Part shown: positions 20,050 through 29,929 of the stretch, one piece after another | Numbering within the stretch: position 1 is the first letter of the stretch | How the letters are laid out: each line of letters starts with the position of its first letter | NCBI RefSeq assembly: GCF_001904725.1 | Contig: NZ_MRCE01000032.1 | Coordinates: 1-64,000, forward strand | Length of the DNA: 64,000 bases | Direction of reading: 5' to 3' | Origin: [Phormidium ambiguum] IAM M-71 | Lineage (GTDB): Bacteria > Cyanobacteriota > Cyanobacteriia > Cyanobacteriales > Aerosakkonemataceae | Notes under the pieces: model-generated | Database searches by the model: none | What the model was told of the DNA's origin: nothing | Seen by the model: only the letters and a program-made list of their open reading frames with translations | Made by a program: the position numbers and the translations under genes

Positions 20050-20095
20050 TGAAAAAGGGAGAAGGATTCTTGACTTTTCCTACTCCCTTTTTCCT
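20050..20095. terminator. Bidirectional hairpin terminator between convergent genes
   Basis: The stem is gggagaagga...tcctactccc and is flanked by T/A runs. Confidence 0.5.
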
Positions 20096-20101
20096 CTTAA
20101 A

Positions 20102-21040
20102 TCAATCATTATTCTCTTCTGATTGAGACTGAGATATAAGTTGCTGAAAATCAGACAAAGATTCAATAGTAACAGCTTGCCTATGCAACATCCTGAGTAA
20201 CTCAGAATCTTGTACCAGATTAATAGCTTTTACCAACTCACTTGGCAGTTCTGTGAACCGGATTTCTAAAATTTCGATAATATCCTCTCGACGAGCTAAA
20301 CGTTCAAAAGTAGTATCGTAACGCATTTGATTTTCCTCCTCAAAACGTTTGATTTCTTGACTAAACCCACTTTCCAAATCTCCTGGCAATGTCATCATCC
20401 AGTCAATTAATCGAAATAATTCACGGATTTCAGACCGATTATAACCCCGTTCAAACAGACTCTTGACAATGCTTAATTTCCACTCTAACCGCTCTTGAGG
20501 TTTTCCACCTGTCGCCTGTGTTTTTAGATACGCCATAACAATAGGAGCGAAAGGGTTGATACTTGCTTCTAAAGTTTGCCAATCCTCTTGATAGTCTAGC
20601 AACTTGACCATCGAAAACCTTAACAAAACCCTAGTTCCCCAAATGTCATAACTGTATTCTTGGGGTCGCCAAGATTTTTCTGAGTCGGATAAAATTGCTA
20701 AACTCGCCACTTTTTTCCGGTAAATACCGAAAATGCGACTGTTGTAAACATACATTCTTTCCGCAAAAGTTGATTGGTATTGACTTTGCACTTCTAAATG
20801 AATCAACACCCAAGTTTCCTGACCGTTAGTTAACCAAACTTTAACTAATTTATCAGCTTCTCTTTGTCCTAATTCGTCATCCCGCATCACTTGTCTGAGT
20901 TCATTATCCAGAAATTCGTATGGGATTTTCCAGTCTATTTGTTCGTAGATATCTGGGAAAAAGAAAGCAATAAAAGATTTAAAGTAAACAGCGATAGCTT
21001 CTTTCCAAGGATTATCATAATCATCCCGTTGTTTAGACAT
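20102..21040 (-). CDS. Rpn-family (YhgA-like) recombination-promoting nuclease/putative transposase with a DUF4351-type C-terminus
   Basis: The likely start MSKQRDDYDNPWKEAIAVYFKSF matches typical Rpn N-termini. PD-(D/E)XK-like residues are present. The table ORF begins 26 aa earlier. Confidence 0.6.
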   Translation of the reverse strand: MSKQRDDYDNPWKEAIAVYFKSFIAFFFPDIYEQIDWKIPYEFLDNELRQVMRDDELGQREADKLVKVWLTNGQETWVLIHLEVQSQYQSTFAERMYVYNSRIFGIYRKKVASLAILSDSEKSWRPQEYSYDIWGTRVLLRFSMVKLLDYQEDWQTLEASINPFAPIVMAYLKTQATGGKPQERLEWKLSIVKSLFERGYNRSEIRELFRLIDWMMTLPGDLESGFSQEIKRFEEENQMRYDTTFERLARREDIIEILEIRFTELPSELVKAINLVQDSELLRMLHRQAVTIESLSDFQQLISQSQSEENND

Positions 21041-21095
21041 ATTTCTCCTTCCCCTAGCGGGGATTCTCTGGGAACTTTTGTGAAAAACTGAAATA

Positions 21096-22472
21096 ATGCA
21101 CCAACCATTATCACTCAAATATCGACCAAAAAATCTGGCAAGTTTAGTAGGTCAAGAACCAATCAAAATCGCCCTAACAAATGCAGTAACTTCGGCTAAA
21201 ATTGCCCCAGCTTATTTGTTTACTGGGCCAAGAGGAACAGGTAAAACTTCTACAGCACGCATTCTAGCCAAATCGTTAAATTGTCTTAATTCGTCAGTGA
21301 CGACAGCAAATCCTTGCCAAAAATGTGCATCATGTAAAGCAATTGATGCAGGCAATAGTTTAGATGTAAGTGAAATTGATGCAGCTAGTCATAATGGGGT
21401 AGAAGATGCTAGAGAATTAATCGAACGCAGCAATTTTGCACCAGCAATGAGTCGGTATCGAATATTCGTTTTAGATGAATGTCATCAACTTAGTAGTAGT
21501 GCTCAAAATGCACTGCTCAAATGTATCGAAGAACCACCATCTCATGTGGTATTTATTCTCTGTACAACTGAAGCGCACAAGGTATTACCAACTATTAGTT
21601 CGCGCTGTCAAACGTTTAACTTTAAAGCACTGTCTATGGAGGCAATTGTCGAACAATTGTCACGAGTAGCTGTTCAAGAATCGATCGCCATTACAGAGGA
21701 AGCAAATAAGCTAATTGCAAAACATTCAGAGGGTGGATTAAGAGATGCTTTGCAATTGCTTTCTCAATTATCGTTGATGGGAGAAGAAATTACACTAGAG
21801 CGTGTAGTGGAAGTGTCTGGTGGGATTCGTTCTCATGATTTAGCTACGCTTGTCAAAGCTATCTGTGCGGGTGATGTACTGACAGTATTACAATCAGCAA
21901 GGACTCTAATTGATAGCGGTAAAACACCAAAATTGATTCTGAGTAGTCTGTTGGCAGTTTACCGCGATTTACTGATTGTTAAAAGCGTACCCAAAAGTGA
22001 GAATATACTCGCCGGAACTCTATCGTATTCGCAATTGCGACAAGTTGCTAACACGCTAGATTTTCCTAGCATAGATGCAGCTTTAATGCAATTACAAAAA
22101 TCAGAAAGTCAGTTGAGAGTAACGACTAATGGTGCTACTTGGTTAGAAGTATGCTTGCTCAATTTGATTCACAATAATCAACGCCAACTACTAGGGAATC
22201 AAGAGCAGCATAACCGAAACGGGAATGGCAAAGTTGAGGAATTGAGTTCAGTTTGGATGAAGGTTGTTGAAGCAACAAAACCAGCTAATCGCAGCTTACT
22301 TTCTCGCGCAAAATTAATCAGTTTAAATGAAAGTAATTGTGTACTAGTAGTCCCCACATCTGATGTGAAAAAGTTTCAAAGCAATGTGGCATTAGTAGAA
22401 CGAATTGTCAGCCGAGTATTGGGTTATTCAGTTACGATTGCGATTGAAGAAAGGAAGGAACTGTCAGTATGA
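21096..22472 (+). CDS. dnaX: DNA polymerase III gamma/tau-like clamp-loader ATPase (short DnaX)
   Basis: YRPKNLASLVGQE, GPRGTGKTS, the zinc module CLNSSVTTANPCQKCASC, DECHQLS, and SRCQ (the SRC motif) are present. Confidence 0.8.
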   Translation: MHQPLSLKYRPKNLASLVGQEPIKIALTNAVTSAKIAPAYLFTGPRGTGKTSTARILAKSLNCLNSSVTTANPCQKCASCKAIDAGNSLDVSEIDAASHNGVEDARELIERSNFAPAMSRYRIFVLDECHQLSSSAQNALLKCIEEPPSHVVFILCTTEAHKVLPTISSRCQTFNFKALSMEAIVEQLSRVAVQESIAITEEANKLIAKHSEGGLRDALQLLSQLSLMGEEITLERVVEVSGGIRSHDLATLVKAICAGDVLTVLQSARTLIDSGKTPKLILSSLLAVYRDLLIVKSVPKSENILAGTLSYSQLRQVANTLDFPSIDAALMQLQKSESQLRVTTNGATWLEVCLLNLIHNNQRQLLGNQEQHNRNGNGKVEELSSVWMKVVEATKPANRSLLSRAKLISLNESNCVLVVPTSDVKKFQSNVALVERIVSRVLGYSVTIAIEERKELSV

Positions 22473-23458
22473 TAACGCTATTAGTTGGCAACGATACTGA
22501 AGCGATTAAGCAAGAATTGGCAACATTTAAAGCACACACGCATCCCCGGTGGCGAGACTTTAACGTGCATCAATTTAGTGCTGAACAATTAAGTGCTGCC
22601 ATGATGAGTGCTTTTTCAGTTCCTTTTGGTGAAGGTGGCAAACTAATTATCGTAGAAAATTGTGATTTCAAACAGTTTGGTGAAACTGGATTAGAGATGT
22701 TGCAACCTTTATCCCTGTTACCCAAAACTACCCATTTGGTATTTACGGCTAATTCTATTGATAAGCGGCTGAAGGTAACTAAACATTTGTTATCGTTAGG
22801 TAAGCTGAAAGAGTTGGCTTTGATTCCGCCTTGGCGTAGTGACTTAATCGAACAAGCGATCGGCAATACTGCTAAACAAATGCAGTTAACTATTGCTCGT
22901 GATGCTGTGAACTATTTAGCCCAAGCCATTGGTAATGATACTACTAGAATGGTGAAAGAATTGGAAAAGCTAGCTGTTTATGCCGCAGGTGCAAAAATTA
23001 CCAAAGAGCAGGCTATTGCGTTAATTCCCATCACCACAAGCAACAGTTTACAATTAGCTCAAGCATTACTGAAACGTGAAACTGTCCCAATTGTTCAGAT
23101 AGTACGCGAATTACTATCTCGTGCTGAATTTCCTTTAGTAATTGTTGCTACTCTCATTACTCAGTTTAAGACTTGGTTGTGGGTGAAAGCAGCATTAGTA
23201 GCTAAACGTTCTGACTCAGAAATTGCTACTTTGTGCGGTTTAGGTAATCCCAAACGAATGTATTTCTTACGACAAGAAGTAAATGATGTTTCGACAAATT
23301 ACTTGTCAAAAGTACTTTCGATGCTATTTGAGTTGGAAGTTGAATTAAAAAGTGGAGAAAAAGCTGATTCCATACTGCCAGCATTGTTGAGAATTGTACA
23401 GGTACCCTCTCATACTACATCGGTATGTTACAATAATGGGGCAAGTAGTAATACATGA
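22469..23458 (+). CDS. holA: DNA polymerase III delta subunit (HolA-like)
   Basis: The start MITLLVGND is holA-like. The gene is coupled to dnaX (ATGA overlap). It is paralogous to 50954..51907. Confidence 0.65.
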   Translation: MITLLVGNDTEAIKQELATFKAHTHPRWRDFNVHQFSAEQLSAAMMSAFSVPFGEGGKLIIVENCDFKQFGETGLEMLQPLSLLPKTTHLVFTANSIDKRLKVTKHLLSLGKLKELALIPPWRSDLIEQAIGNTAKQMQLTIARDAVNYLAQAIGNDTTRMVKELEKLAVYAAGAKITKEQAIALIPITTSNSLQLAQALLKRETVPIVQIVRELLSRAEFPLVIVATLITQFKTWLWVKAALVAKRSDSEIATLCGLGNPKRMYFLRQEVNDVSTNYLSKVLSMLFELEVELKSGEKADSILPALLRIVQVPSHTTSVCYNNGASSNT

Positions 23459-23548
23459 ACTGGCTATGGTTTGGGTTCTTTTTGCCCAACTGGTGCGCCA
23501 ACCTCTGGATTGCGCGTATACCGCACAGAAATGCGTGACTACTCAACA

Positions 23549-23621
23549 GTTTGATTAGCTCAGAGGTAGAGCATCCGAGCGCATCGGTAGGACGTAGGTT
23601 CGATTCTTACATCAAACGCCA
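23549..23621 (+). tRNA. tRNA-like gene, possibly a degenerate tRNA or pseudo-tRNA
   Basis: The acceptor stem (GTTTGAT/ATCAAAC) is perfect. The D-arm is GCTC-AGAGGTA-GAGC. The T-arm is GTAGG-TTCGATT-CTTAC. A discriminator G and encoded CCA are present. The anticodon arm is about 2 nt short and reduces to CCGA-GCGCA-TCGG. Confidence 0.45.
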
Positions 23622-23696
23622 GGAAGTTAGCTCAATGGGTAGAGCGATCGACTCTTAATCGATTTGTCACAGGTTCAAATCCTGTACTTTCAACCA
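23621..23696 (+). tRNA. tRNA-Lys (anticodon CTT)
   Basis: The sequence folds as a 76-nt cloverleaf. The D-arm is GCTC/GAGC. The anticodon stem ATCGA/TCGAT encloses the loop CTCTTAA. The T-arm is ACAGG-TTCAAAT-CCTGT. CCA is encoded. Confidence 0.7.
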
Positions 23697-24075
23697 ACCC
23701 TGTCCGGGTCAAAAGACACTACTTTTTGGAAGTAGCTTACCTCAACTCTCTAACAAACTCTGCAATGTAGGTGTGTACTAGCAATAGTAAACAGTAAAGA
23801 AGCCAGTGCAATTGTTTTCTCTCTAACTTAAGTATGTCCTTCGTTGTCTAGATCCAGTTTTTCTGGAACGACAAACTGAACGGCATATCTGAGGATTGCG
23901 ATCTTTTTCTGAGTACTCTACTCACGAAGTAGCAATCATCTTAATCCAGTCCGAGAAGAAGCAACTCGCCCGCAACCGAACTGCAAACACCTACATTTGC
24001 AGATTTGACAATCTGTGTAGTATCTATGTAGCATAAAGTTAATAGTAAAAACCTAAGTCGTCTGAGCAATTTTCT

Positions 24076-25593
24076 ATGTGGAAAACATTTTATATTAAAC
24101 CTAACGAAATTGGAATTTTGTATCACCGTAGTGATTTCCAAAAAATTTTGCAGCCGGGGACTTACACTTTTTTTGGTTGGCGGTGGCGAGTCAAAACCTA
24201 CGATCTCAATCAACCAGAGGTAAAGATTGAGAACTTGGAGCTATTACTGCGAGATCGTAGTGCGGAGTTAGAGCCATACTTATTAGTAGTAAGAACTGCA
24301 TTTAATCAAGCCGCTTTAGTACGAATAGGACAAAATTGGGTTAGTGTTTTACCCAACCAATTGCGAGCTTTTTGGCGCGGTTTTATTGAAGTCGAGTCTC
24401 ATATTTTCAATTTGGATGAAAGCTTGGAATTATCAGCCGAGTTCAGAGAACAAATACGTAAGATTGCCTTGGATGGAATCCAGAAGTTCTTAATTTCCGA
24501 GTCGGAAATTGGTTTACTTTACGTGCAGAAAAACTTCGTGCGCTCGCTCGAACCAGGCGAGTACGCTTTTTGGACTGTCGAGCAACTTGTTTTAGTCCAC
24601 AATCTCAGCCGAATTATACCCAATCCAGACTTTCCTTTACCAGATGTATTGATCGAGCAACATCCTGATTTCGTAGCTGCTTACTGCGAAACGGTACAAT
24701 TACAAAATCATCAGGTAGCTATTGTTAGCTATCAAGGTAAAGTTATTTCCATCCTCCCGCCAAGTATGAGGAAACTATTTTGGCTAGGTGTGGAAGTAGA
24801 GGTAATTGATATCAGCAATGATGCTAAATTATCAGCTAATTTAGTGGCAGAATTAGTCTTGAATGCGCCAGAGATAGTCCGCAATTTTTTGCATATTCAA
24901 GAAGTGCCAGCACAGCACGTTGGATTACTTTACATCAATCAAGAGTTTCAAACCCAACTTCAGCCAGGAATACACGCTTGGTGGATATTTGGACGTTCTT
25001 GGCAGACGGAAGCCATTGATTTGAGATTGCAAACGATCGAAGTATCCGGTCAAGATATTCTCTCTAAAGATAAAGTACCTTTGCGGTTAAATTTAACTGC
25101 TGGGTTTCGCATTCTAGATCCATTAAAAGCCAAAAACGGTTTATCCGATATTGCTGGTTTCTTATACAAGGAACTACAATTTGGTTTGCGGGGAGCAGTG
25201 GGCGAACGTACTCTAGATGCTTTACTAGAAAATAAAGGAGCAGTCGATAAAAGCGTAGCTGAATATATCGAGCAAAAAACTGCCGACTATGGAATTGAAA
25301 TTAATTCAGTTGGGGTCAAAGATATTATTTTACCTGGCGAGATTAAGACAATTTTGAGTAAGGTGGTAGAGGCAGAGAAATCTGCTCAAGCTAACGTAGT
25401 ACGTCGTCGAGAAGAAACTGCTGCCACTCGCAGTATGTTGAATACGGCGAAAGTGATGGAAGATAATCCGGTGGCTTTGCGTTTAAAAGAGTTGGAAGTG
25501 TTAGAAAGAATTGCTGAGAAGATCGATCGCATTCAAGTTAACGGTAGCTTGGATAGTATTTTGACCGACTTAATTCGGCTCAACCGGGAATAA
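24076..25593 (+). CDS. SPFH/band-7 (stomatin/prohibitin-like) domain protein with a triplicated N-terminal repeat
   Basis: There are three ~150-aa repeats: EIGILYHRSDFQKILQPGTYTF, EIGLLYVQKNFVRSLEPGEYAF, and HVGLLYINQEFQTQLQPGIHAW. The C-terminus has GVKDIILPGEI...AEKSAQANVVRRREETAATR, typical of SPFH. Confidence 0.6.
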   Translation: MWKTFYIKPNEIGILYHRSDFQKILQPGTYTFFGWRWRVKTYDLNQPEVKIENLELLLRDRSAELEPYLLVVRTAFNQAALVRIGQNWVSVLPNQLRAFWRGFIEVESHIFNLDESLELSAEFREQIRKIALDGIQKFLISESEIGLLYVQKNFVRSLEPGEYAFWTVEQLVLVHNLSRIIPNPDFPLPDVLIEQHPDFVAAYCETVQLQNHQVAIVSYQGKVISILPPSMRKLFWLGVEVEVIDISNDAKLSANLVAELVLNAPEIVRNFLHIQEVPAQHVGLLYINQEFQTQLQPGIHAWWIFGRSWQTEAIDLRLQTIEVSGQDILSKDKVPLRLNLTAGFRILDPLKAKNGLSDIAGFLYKELQFGLRGAVGERTLDALLENKGAVDKSVAEYIEQKTADYGIEINSVGVKDIILPGEIKTILSKVVEAEKSAQANVVRRREETAATRSMLNTAKVMEDNPVALRLKELEVLERIAEKIDRIQVNGSLDSILTDLIRLNRE

Positions 25594-26084
25594 AATAATA
25601 TAGGACTTACGCATTGACAAAATAGTTCAAATATGAATCAATTGCTAAAATTATGCGATACCTTTAGCGGGTAAAATCTCCGCCACCAAAAACAATTGCA
25701 AAAGCCCATAAGTGCTGAGGTTTTGCTAGTGAAATAGTATCTCTGAATATCGTTTTTGAATTTCTTTTGAAATACTTTCACTTGCCCGAAATTTAACCTT
25801 ATTGCTTGCGCTGTCGATAAGTGAACCCTCAGACAAGCACAGTTGAGTTTATTACGCGATCCGAACTTCCGGCATCCTCCCTACTGGGCACCTTATGTCC
25901 TAGTGGGCAACTGGTTGTAATTCCTGTTCCATAAGCACTTCAAGAAAAAATTTATTTAACCAACATTAGCGTGCATAAAAAAGCAAACTTGCCCGCCTAA
26001 TGCTGTAGAGGGTTGATTGACATATCAAAGCAAGCAACTGAATGGCATCAACACTCAAATTAACCTGAAATTCTTCTATTAATT

Positions 26085-26678
26085 ATGGAGCAACTCATGA
26101 AAACTTTATCCATCAAACCAACCATTCAGAAACTCGCAAAATTCAGTTTGATAGTCTTAGCCGCAACTTCTTTATCCACAGTTGGTGCTACAGCTTTGAG
26201 AGTGCCTGTTGCTGCCCAACAAACAACAACTGCTACTTCACAAAGCATGACTAGAGGAATCGCTTACAACCGCTTACAAATAGGGGGTGTCAATCTTTCA
26301 ATGTCTGAAGTACAAGTTAGAAAAGTTTTAGGTCAACCGCGAGAAATCAAGAATGGTTACATGGCTATCGCTGGTAAAACTCGTACTCTTCGATATCCAG
26401 GGCTAACTATTAATTTACTTGAACGTGACGAGTCAACCAATAACTTTTTTGTCTATGAGATAGAAGCTGACAGTTCTCGGTATGCTACCAAGGATGGAGT
26501 TAAAGTAAGCGATCGCGTTTCAAAAGTCACAAGCATTTATGGGAGAACTGAATTGAGCGAAACCAATTCGGCGACTACTTTAAGCTACCCCGTTAATAGT
26601 ACTAGTCCTGCTTATTTTAACTTTACCATTCAAAATGGCAAAGTTCTAAAAATTACTTTTGGTGATTTCTTAGGCTAG
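26085..26678 (+). CDS. Secreted hypothetical protein (signal peptide)
   Basis: The N-terminus has a hydrophobic h-region followed by an A-x-A-like site (TALRVPVAAQQ). Confidence 0.5.
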   Translation: MEQLMKTLSIKPTIQKLAKFSLIVLAATSLSTVGATALRVPVAAQQTTTATSQSMTRGIAYNRLQIGGVNLSMSEVQVRKVLGQPREIKNGYMAIAGKTRTLRYPGLTINLLERDESTNNFFVYEIEADSSRYATKDGVKVSDRVSKVTSIYGRTELSETNSATTLSYPVNSTSPAYFNFTIQNGKVLKITFGDFLG

Positions 26679-27216
26679 TAAATCCAGTTGTTAAAAAGAA
26701 CGCCTGCTATTCTTCAGAACAACAGCGAAACCCAACCTAGCCAACTAGATTTAAGCCCACATTCCGCACTTCAAAATGTAGTATTAAATACTACGGGAAA
26801 ATCTTTTGCTTGCTTGAGAGTAGTTTCGGCAAAAATCTGCCAGATATAGAGAGGTGAATGAGTGAAAGTAGAACAATTAAAAATGAGCCAGTAGGACTAG
26901 ATAATAGAAAGTCAATTCCGGGAATAAATAATTAGTTTATCAAATTGCTCGGAGCATAAAATCAAGGATTTAAGCAGTTGAAATTAGATAATAACGTTGA
27001 CATGAATCGAGAAAAAATGAAGGATATTAATCAATTCTTCAGTTAAATTATTGACTTGTTTTATGTATGAGAAAGTTAAGAGATGGATACCTTGAAATAG
27101 CTGGTTCTATAATAGTGCGACTGCTTTCATATTTCGGATGAGAATTAATCGAGCGAACACATACACATTGCTGCCATTTGTACTGCTTAATTTTTATTTT
27201 TTAACCGCCCCTATCG

Positions 27217-29874
27217 GTGGCGGTAAATAGAATTACAGACAGTTTACAAATGCAACCAGATTATCTAAAATTACTGGCTCAATTCGAGAATGAATTTTCT
27301 CCTATCTCTAACAATCAATTATTAACAGACAACCAATTGATTGAGGCTGACAATCTACTAGAATTACTAGGAGAAGACATCATTTGGCATGAAACAACAC
27401 CTGCAACCAACCCACTTAATAAAAATCTGCCATCTGATTTACCAAAAGAATTGAAAGAAGCTTTACAACAGCAAGGCATAAAACAGCTTTATTCTCACCA
27501 AATCAAAGCTCTCAAAGCAGTGCGTCAAGGTCGAGATATCATCTTATCAACTACAACTAGTTCTGGCAAATCTTTGAGCGCATATCTTCCTATTTTAGAA
27601 GGAGTAATGCAGCATGAATACACAGCCTTAGCTTTTTATGGATTAAGAGCCTTAACATCAGATCAAGGTCAAAAAGTTGCCAACTTAATCAAATCTATTC
27701 CCCAGTCTACACAACCTCGATTAGCGATGCTAACTGGAGATACTAGCAAAGAGGAAAGAGAAAGATTGTTAGCAACTAATCCTCAAATTATTGGAGCTAC
27801 GCCAGAATTAATTCACTTTGCACTTAGAGGAGTTCATTGGAGTCAACCTTGGCAGCAATTTTTGAGCAAATTGCGTTACGTGCTAATTGATGAAGCGCAC
27901 ACTTTTAATGGTGTTTATGGAGCAAATATGGCAGCTTTAATTCGTCGATTAAAGTTAGCAGTTGATAGTAATGGTGGTAATTCTAATCAACTACAATTCA
28001 TCTTTTTGAGTGCTACAATCGGTAATCCAGTAGAATTAGCTAGGAGATTATCTAGTAGAAATCGTCAACGCAATTCAACTAAAGCAGATAGATTGGTTTG
28101 GATTAATTCCAGTGGAGCAGCTACACCTTCTCGACAGTTAATTGTTACTAAACCTAGCCATAATGCTAATCCAGATGCAGCGAGAATTATCTTGTTTTTA
28201 TTGCAGTCTGGACAAAGCGGAATTTGTTTTTGTAATGGCAGACAAGCTATTAAGAATTTGTGGTCAACTTTACGACAGGAGGCGATTCAACAAGGTTATA
28301 GTAGCATTGAAAAACAAGTAGCTATATTCTATAGCAGTTTAACGAGCCAGCGTCGTACCGAAATAATTCAACAATTAGAACTAGGTCAAATTCGATGTAT
28401 TATCAGTACCAGTTCGTTAGAAGCTGGAATTGACCTACCACAACTGGATTATGTAATTATTAGAGGTTGGCCTGGTAGTTTGCAAGCATTTCGGCAAAGA
28501 TTAGGAAGAGCAGGGAGAGTAAAAGCTGGTTTAGCTGTTTTTATTCCGATTGCTCAATTACCGTTGGATAATTATTTTGCTACGCATCCTCAGTTGTTAT
28601 TAGGAGCTCCTTCAGAACAAGTTAGCTTTAGTACCAATTACCCAATCGACTTAGCCAAACATTTGATGTGTGCCGCAGTAGAAACGGGAATTCCTGTGAC
28701 TAAACTCAAGTACTATTTTGGTAAATTGGCGCTTCGTATTGTCACAGCTTTGATGGAACAGGGAGTCATGCACAAAAGTCGCGGTCGATTATGGGCTAAA
28801 GGATTTCCTCATAAAGATGTTAACTTTCGGGGTGGAATAAATAGCAGCACAGTTCAATTGGTAGATGCGGAATCTGGAGAAGAAGTTGAAAGTTTAAGTG
28901 CCCAAATTGCTATCCATGAAGTGTTCCCTGGTGCAATTTACCGAACGCAGAATTCAGACGGACAATTGGTAAATTATCGTTCGGAAACTTTGGAATTGGA
29001 AATGGGAAAAGCCCTATTACAGTTAATTACAGAAACTCCGTTGTTTACGATTGCTATCAATCGTGTTGATACCTGTATCCATCAAGAATTGAGTACGCCT
29101 AAAATTGTTCCTTTGCTTGTGTTAACCGGAGAAAGCAATGGTTCCACTCAAGTTCCGCTATCAATACAATTGAGTTTAGGTTGGGGTGAAATTAGTCAAC
29201 AAGTGACTGGGTATCAATTACTAACCCGGTCATACAAGTTAACTTGTTTGCAGAAAAAGTGCGTAAATTACAAGGAAGGATTGAACGAACGTACTCATTG
29301 TCCAGCTTGTGGTAAACGGTTGCGGAAAGCGGAGTTAACAACGGTACTTAATGAAGTTGAATTTGAGCGACCTTATGCTATCAAATTTAGTACTCCTGTT
29401 GTTCAAATTAGTGTTAGCGAATCAGTTAATCGATACTGGCAAGAAATTGTAGTTCGGACTCGCACTCAACTTTTGCAAGCCAAGCAACCAATTCCAACAA
29501 ATTATCAACAGCTGTGGGAATATCCAGCGCAGTTTTTAGTAATTCATAGTTTTGGGCATCAGATTTTAGCAGCTTTGCCATTGGTGGTATTGTCTGGGAT
29601 GAATGATGTGAGTTTTCGAGTAGAAAAACGAGGAATTGCAGATTATGTTGGTTTATTTTATGACAGAGTTGAAGGTGGTTCTGGTAGTGCAGAGGCAATT
29701 TTTAAGCAGTTACCAAAACTTGCTAAAGTAGCAGGTGAATTAGCTCGAAATTGTGAATGCGAATCCGGTTGTCCTAAATGTTTGATTCAACCTGGTTGTC
29801 CTGATGGTAATAAAGGTTTGCTCAAAGAATTGGGACTGCTTTTATGTGATGCGCTCTCATTAACTGAAGCATAA
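27217..29874 (+). CDS. DEAD/DEAH-box helicase with a C-terminal DUF1998-type Zn-ribbon domain (MrfA/YprA-like architecture)
   Basis: Walker A is TTTSSGKSL and DEAH is VLIDEAHTF. The C-terminal Cys clusters are CPACGKRL...CECESGCPKC. Confidence 0.65.
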   Translation: MAVNRITDSLQMQPDYLKLLAQFENEFSPISNNQLLTDNQLIEADNLLELLGEDIIWHETTPATNPLNKNLPSDLPKELKEALQQQGIKQLYSHQIKALKAVRQGRDIILSTTTSSGKSLSAYLPILEGVMQHEYTALAFYGLRALTSDQGQKVANLIKSIPQSTQPRLAMLTGDTSKEERERLLATNPQIIGATPELIHFALRGVHWSQPWQQFLSKLRYVLIDEAHTFNGVYGANMAALIRRLKLAVDSNGGNSNQLQFIFLSATIGNPVELARRLSSRNRQRNSTKADRLVWINSSGAATPSRQLIVTKPSHNANPDAARIILFLLQSGQSGICFCNGRQAIKNLWSTLRQEAIQQGYSSIEKQVAIFYSSLTSQRRTEIIQQLELGQIRCIISTSSLEAGIDLPQLDYVIIRGWPGSLQAFRQRLGRAGRVKAGLAVFIPIAQLPLDNYFATHPQLLLGAPSEQVSFSTNYPIDLAKHLMCAAVETGIPVTKLKYYFGKLALRIVTALMEQGVMHKSRGRLWAKGFPHKDVNFRGGINSSTVQLVDAESGEEVESLSAQIAIHEVFPGAIYRTQNSDGQLVNYRSETLELEMGKALLQLITETPLFTIAINRVDTCIHQELSTPKIVPLLVLTGESNGSTQVPLSIQLSLGWGEISQQVTGYQLLTRSYKLTCLQKKCVNYKEGLNERTHCPACGKRLRKAELTTVLNEVEFERPYAIKFSTPVVQISVSESVNRYWQEIVVRTRTQLLQAKQPIPTNYQQLWEYPAQFLVIHSFGHQILAALPLVVLSGMNDVSFRVEKRGIADYVGLFYDRVEGGSGSAEAIFKQLPKLAKVAGELARNCECESGCPKCLIQPGCPDGNKGLLKELGLLLCDALSLTEA

Positions 29875-29890
29875 TTCGATTAGGTTTATA

Positions 29891-29929
29891 GAGAGGTCTA
29901 AGGTAATCTCTGATTACCTTAGACCTCTC
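29891..29929. terminator. Perfect 18-bp inverted repeat with a 3-nt loop, downstream of the helicase gene
   Basis: The sequence is gagaggtctaaggtaatc-tct-gattaccttagacctctc. Confidence 0.5.

Noticed and set aside
23549-23621. Calling the first tRNA-like gene a standard tRNA with a specific anticodon
   Set aside because: No 5-bp anticodon stem with a 7-nt loop can be drawn. The best 7-nt-loop folding has only 3 bp and G at position 33. It is reported as tRNA-like or degenerate instead.
23941-24213. 90-aa minus-strand ORF overlapping the start of the SPFH gene
   Set aside because: It overlaps a strongly supported gene and has no motifs.
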